Shown here: positions 61,689 to 64,000 of the stretch, in pieces
Layout: each line of letters opens with the position of its first letter
Position numbering within the stretch: the first letter of the stretch is position 1
NCBI RefSeq assembly: GCF_046119375.1
Contig: NW_027362762.1
Location: 380,184,001-380,248,000 of the forward strand
From: Phyllobates terribilis
Lineage: Eukaryota
Direction: 5' to 3'
Length of the DNA: 64,000 nt
Notes under the pieces: model-generated
Seen by the model: the letters and a program-made list of their open reading frames with translations, nothing else
Databases searched by the model: none
What the model was told of the DNA's origin: nothing
Program-made: the position numbers and the translations under genes

Positions 61689-63470
61689 TCATGGTATAAA
61701 GGAGTAAGTGCAACTTGTTTGCCCTTTTCCTTCTCCAAGGAGGCCTCGCTCAGCTACTCGCCTCTCAGCAGCCCATCTCTGAAGCTCTTCCTGCTTCAAC
61801 TGCTCCTTTAACAGCAGAATTCTCTCAGACCTCTCTGTCTCCAATGCGCCCACTTGGCTCTCAACAGCCAGTCTCTCAAGCTTCTCTTGCTTCAAATGGG
61901 CTTGTAGCGTCTCCTTGAGCTCCTTGATCTTGGCTCTTACATCCATCGAATCATCCGAGCTCGCATTATTCGAGTAGGTATTTGTTTCATACCTCCCATC
62001 TCCAGTGGCCAACTCCTGACCCTGGTCTGTGGCTTCTCCGATAGACTCCTCCATCTTTTTCCGCTCAGCTTCCATCTTGCTGATTCTTTCCTTAAGGCAC
62101 GTCTCTGCCCTCTGGAGATTATCACAGAACGTCTGCAGCTCCTTCACTTGAGCTTCCAGTCCCGGGATCTTTCTGCGGAGATCATCATTCTCATCATGGG
62201 TGTCCTGCAGAGTGGTCTCAATCACTTGGCGCATGTGCTCTGCATCCGCCTTATCATCCTCTAGTTTTTCTTTAACCATGAGGAGATCCTCATAGTCTCT
62301 CTTAATTTGTTGCAGTTCCCCACTGAGTTCACCATACTCCTTCTTGGATTCACACCGCTCTTTCTTCACTTGGTACAGCTCTAACTGTACCAGGGTGAGA
62401 CGATCTTTCACCTCGCACAACTCATCTTCACACTCCGCTTTGTCAATCTCCAATTGAAAAACCTCCTCCTTGGTTTTGCGGCGGTCCTCCTTAATTTCCT
62501 GGAACATTTCCTTCCATTGGTTAACTTCCTCGTTGCTTCCCTCCAGTTCTCGCTGTAAGTTCCTCACAACCTGGTATATTTTCTGCCGTTCAGACTCCAG
62601 GCTCCGCTGGTCTGAGGACACGTTCTCCAGGTTTTCCCATAGTTGCTGCACGTCACTCTGACACTGCTGCCTGATAGGCTCCAGCTCTTGGTCATGACTG
62701 GCCAACTCCTCTTTCAGGGCTGTCAGATCCTTCTGTCTCAGTACGGTACCGGAGGTTGCTACTGGCAACGTCACCTCCTCTTCTGCCTCTAAAGGAGGAT
62801 CCACACTTGGAACAGAGGCACACAGCATTACATTTTCTTTATTTTCACTTTCAGCAAAGACTACAGGAGCAACTTTTTTGTGGCCCTTGCGCCATCGACG
62901 ACGAGAGGGGGACTTTCTCACCTCATCTAGCTCGTCCTGACTGAACTCTCTTTCTACTTTCATAGTGTCACCGTCAGTTGTGGGGTCTGTGTCACTCCCC
63001 ATGGTGTCGTGGACCAACAAGTCACCTCCCACCTTGACGTCAACCCCTTCTACTGGAGCTACCCCGTTATCAATGGTCAAATTGTCATTTTTAGGCCGTA
63101 CCAACCCACAACCAGTAACAAATTTTGGTTTTCTATACTCCATGCTCTTTTGAAAATCCGCCCCCTTTTTAGACTCCGCCCCCTTTCGGACAACCACACC
63201 TATAGGAGGATTTTTACAAAAAAAATCAGTAATAGTCTTAGGACCCAGTTCACAACATCTCTTACCACCTCCCCGGGCACTCTGGGACAATACTGGCGCC
63301 CCCGGAGAGTTGACAGAATGGTCCACTGCCGCCATTCTATACGGTGCCAACCGCTCCTGCCGTTCCTGCACCATGTCCTGTAGACGTTTCTCAAATACCT
63401 GCTGCGGTTTTAACCGGCACTTTAATCGCTCAATAGCTCCAGTCTCATTTGCTGCTCCGTTCACAGCCAT
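61689..63470 (-). CDS. 593-aa ORF with a long E/K/Q/L-rich coiled coil; probably frameshifted near 61740 and originally running on toward the FXR1 segment
   Basis: Open frame in the gag position after the PBS; heptad-rich region from about residue 255; no CCHC or capsid motif recognised; an alternative frame continues LEKEKGKQVALTPLYHEKVDLRRAKR. Confidence 0.7.
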   Translation of the reverse strand: MAVNGAANETGAIERLKCRLKPQQVFEKRLQDMVQERQERLAPYRMAAVDHSVNSPGAPVLSQSARGGGKRCCELGPKTITDFFCKNPPIGVVVRKGAESKKGADFQKSMEYRKPKFVTGCGLVRPKNDNLTIDNGVAPVEGVDVKVGGDLLVHDTMGSDTDPTTDGDTMKVEREFSQDELDEVRKSPSRRRWRKGHKKVAPVVFAESENKENVMLCASVPSVDPPLEAEEEVTLPVATSGTVLRQKDLTALKEELASHDQELEPIRQQCQSDVQQLWENLENVSSDQRSLESERQKIYQVVRNLQRELEGSNEEVNQWKEMFQEIKEDRRKTKEEVFQLEIDKAECEDELCEVKDRLTLVQLELYQVKKERCESKKEYGELSGELQQIKRDYEDLLMVKEKLEDDKADAEHMRQVIETTLQDTHDENDDLRRKIPGLEAQVKELQTFCDNLQRAETCLKERISKMEAERKKMEESIGEATDQGQELATGDGRYETNTYSNNASSDDSMDVRAKIKELKETLQAHLKQEKLERLAVESQVGALETERSERILLLKEQLKQEELQRWAAERRVAERGLLGEGKGQTSCTYSFIP

Positions 63471-63667
63471 CGCGGTACACTGTTCACACTAGACACTTCA
63501 CACCGCTCTCCCCGGAAATTTTCGTAGCCTCGCCAAGCCACAGCAAACCAGGTTTGAGTGCGAGGACAATTTTTGTAACCCCGCCGAGTTACAGCCAGAT
63601 GCTTTAATCTTCGTGACCCCGCCGAGCCACACCAAGATGCTTGCATCCACACTCATCATCCTATGCC

Positions 63668-63746
63668 GTTACCCCTAGCAACCAGGCTGCAGTTGCCCCT
63701 AGCAACCAGGCTGCAGTTGCCCCTAGCAACCAGGCTGCAGTTGCCC
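63668..63746. promoter_or_regulatory. Three tandem 24-bp repeats, each containing an RFX X-box-like motif
   Basis: GTT(A/G)CCCCTAGCAAC at 63668, 63692 and 63716. Confidence 0.6.
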
Positions 63747-63760
63747 GCATTCTCCAACCA
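63742..63760 (-). other. PBS complementary to tRNA-Ala(AGC), with one extra base
   Basis: Plus strand TGCCCGCATTCTCCA-A-CCA versus recalled tRNA-Ala 3' end ...TGCCCGCATTCTCCA+CCA; 2 nt from the LTR. Confidence 0.8.
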
Positions 63761-63762
63761 CA

Positions 63763-64000
63763 TGTAAGGCAGCGCTAGTCATCATGCTGGGGAACACTCG
63801 CTGCACCGGGTCAATTAAAGCACACCAGCCACGTTTTCCAGTATTTCCCAATCCAGCAGTTTATTACACTTCATAACTGCTTATAACATAGTCCGTCTCA
63901 GTGGCTCACCGGCATGTTTACACACATAACTTCCAAGAGCCTTTCAAGTGGCAGACAGGCCCACTTGGCTCCAGTTACAGCCTTCAGCAAAGTAACTATA
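63763..64000 (-). repeat. 5' LTR (partial, window edge)
   Basis: Direct repeat of 59562-59799. Confidence 0.93.

Larger units (their letters stand above)
59562..64000 (-). mobile_element. Non-autonomous LTR retroelement carrying a coiled-coil ORF and a captured FXR1 segment (predicted ~5.0 kb, runs off the window)
   Basis: LTR 59562-60356 (TG...CA); second LTR from 63763 with 2 mismatches in 238 nt; PPT 60357-60370; tRNA-Ala PBS 63742-63760; no RT or IN motifs inside. Confidence 0.9.

Noticed and set aside
61689-63470. Calling the 593-aa ORF a bona fide Gag or a host myosin/SMC-like gene
   Set aside because: No capsid or zinc-knuckle motif is visible, and coiled-coil composition alone gives spurious similarity; left unassigned.

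Overview
This is 64 kb of repeat-saturated vertebrate DNA. The repeat families suggest an anuran (frog) genome, which is inference. The only host gene I can support is the 3' end of an IL1R2-like decoy receptor: an Ig3 exon at 9388-9539 and a TM/short-tail terminal exon at 23990-24111. Most of the rest is transposable elements. These include an apparently intact young Ty3/Gypsy element (863-8693, tRNA-Ser PBS, -1 frameshift pseudoknot), a decayed relative with a different tRNA-Ser PBS, nested Tf1/sushi-type copies with a self-priming signature, an intact IR/DR Tc1, several decayed Tc1/TRT copies, a Chapaev-like fossil, hAT/piggyBac/Harbinger MITEs, L2/CR1/V-SINE fragments and four arrays of a ~30-bp minisatellite. 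The standout is at the right end (59562 to beyond 64000, minus strand). It is a ~5-kb LTR retroelement with ~99% identical LTRs and no pol. It carries a long coiled-coil ORF followed by an intronless, diverged FXR1 (fragile-X-related RNA-binding protein) segment with KH0, KH2, the NES and part of the C-terminal region but no KH1. Three tandem RFX X-box motifs lie next to its tRNA-Ala PBS. All homology calls are by eye and from memory; no searches were run.
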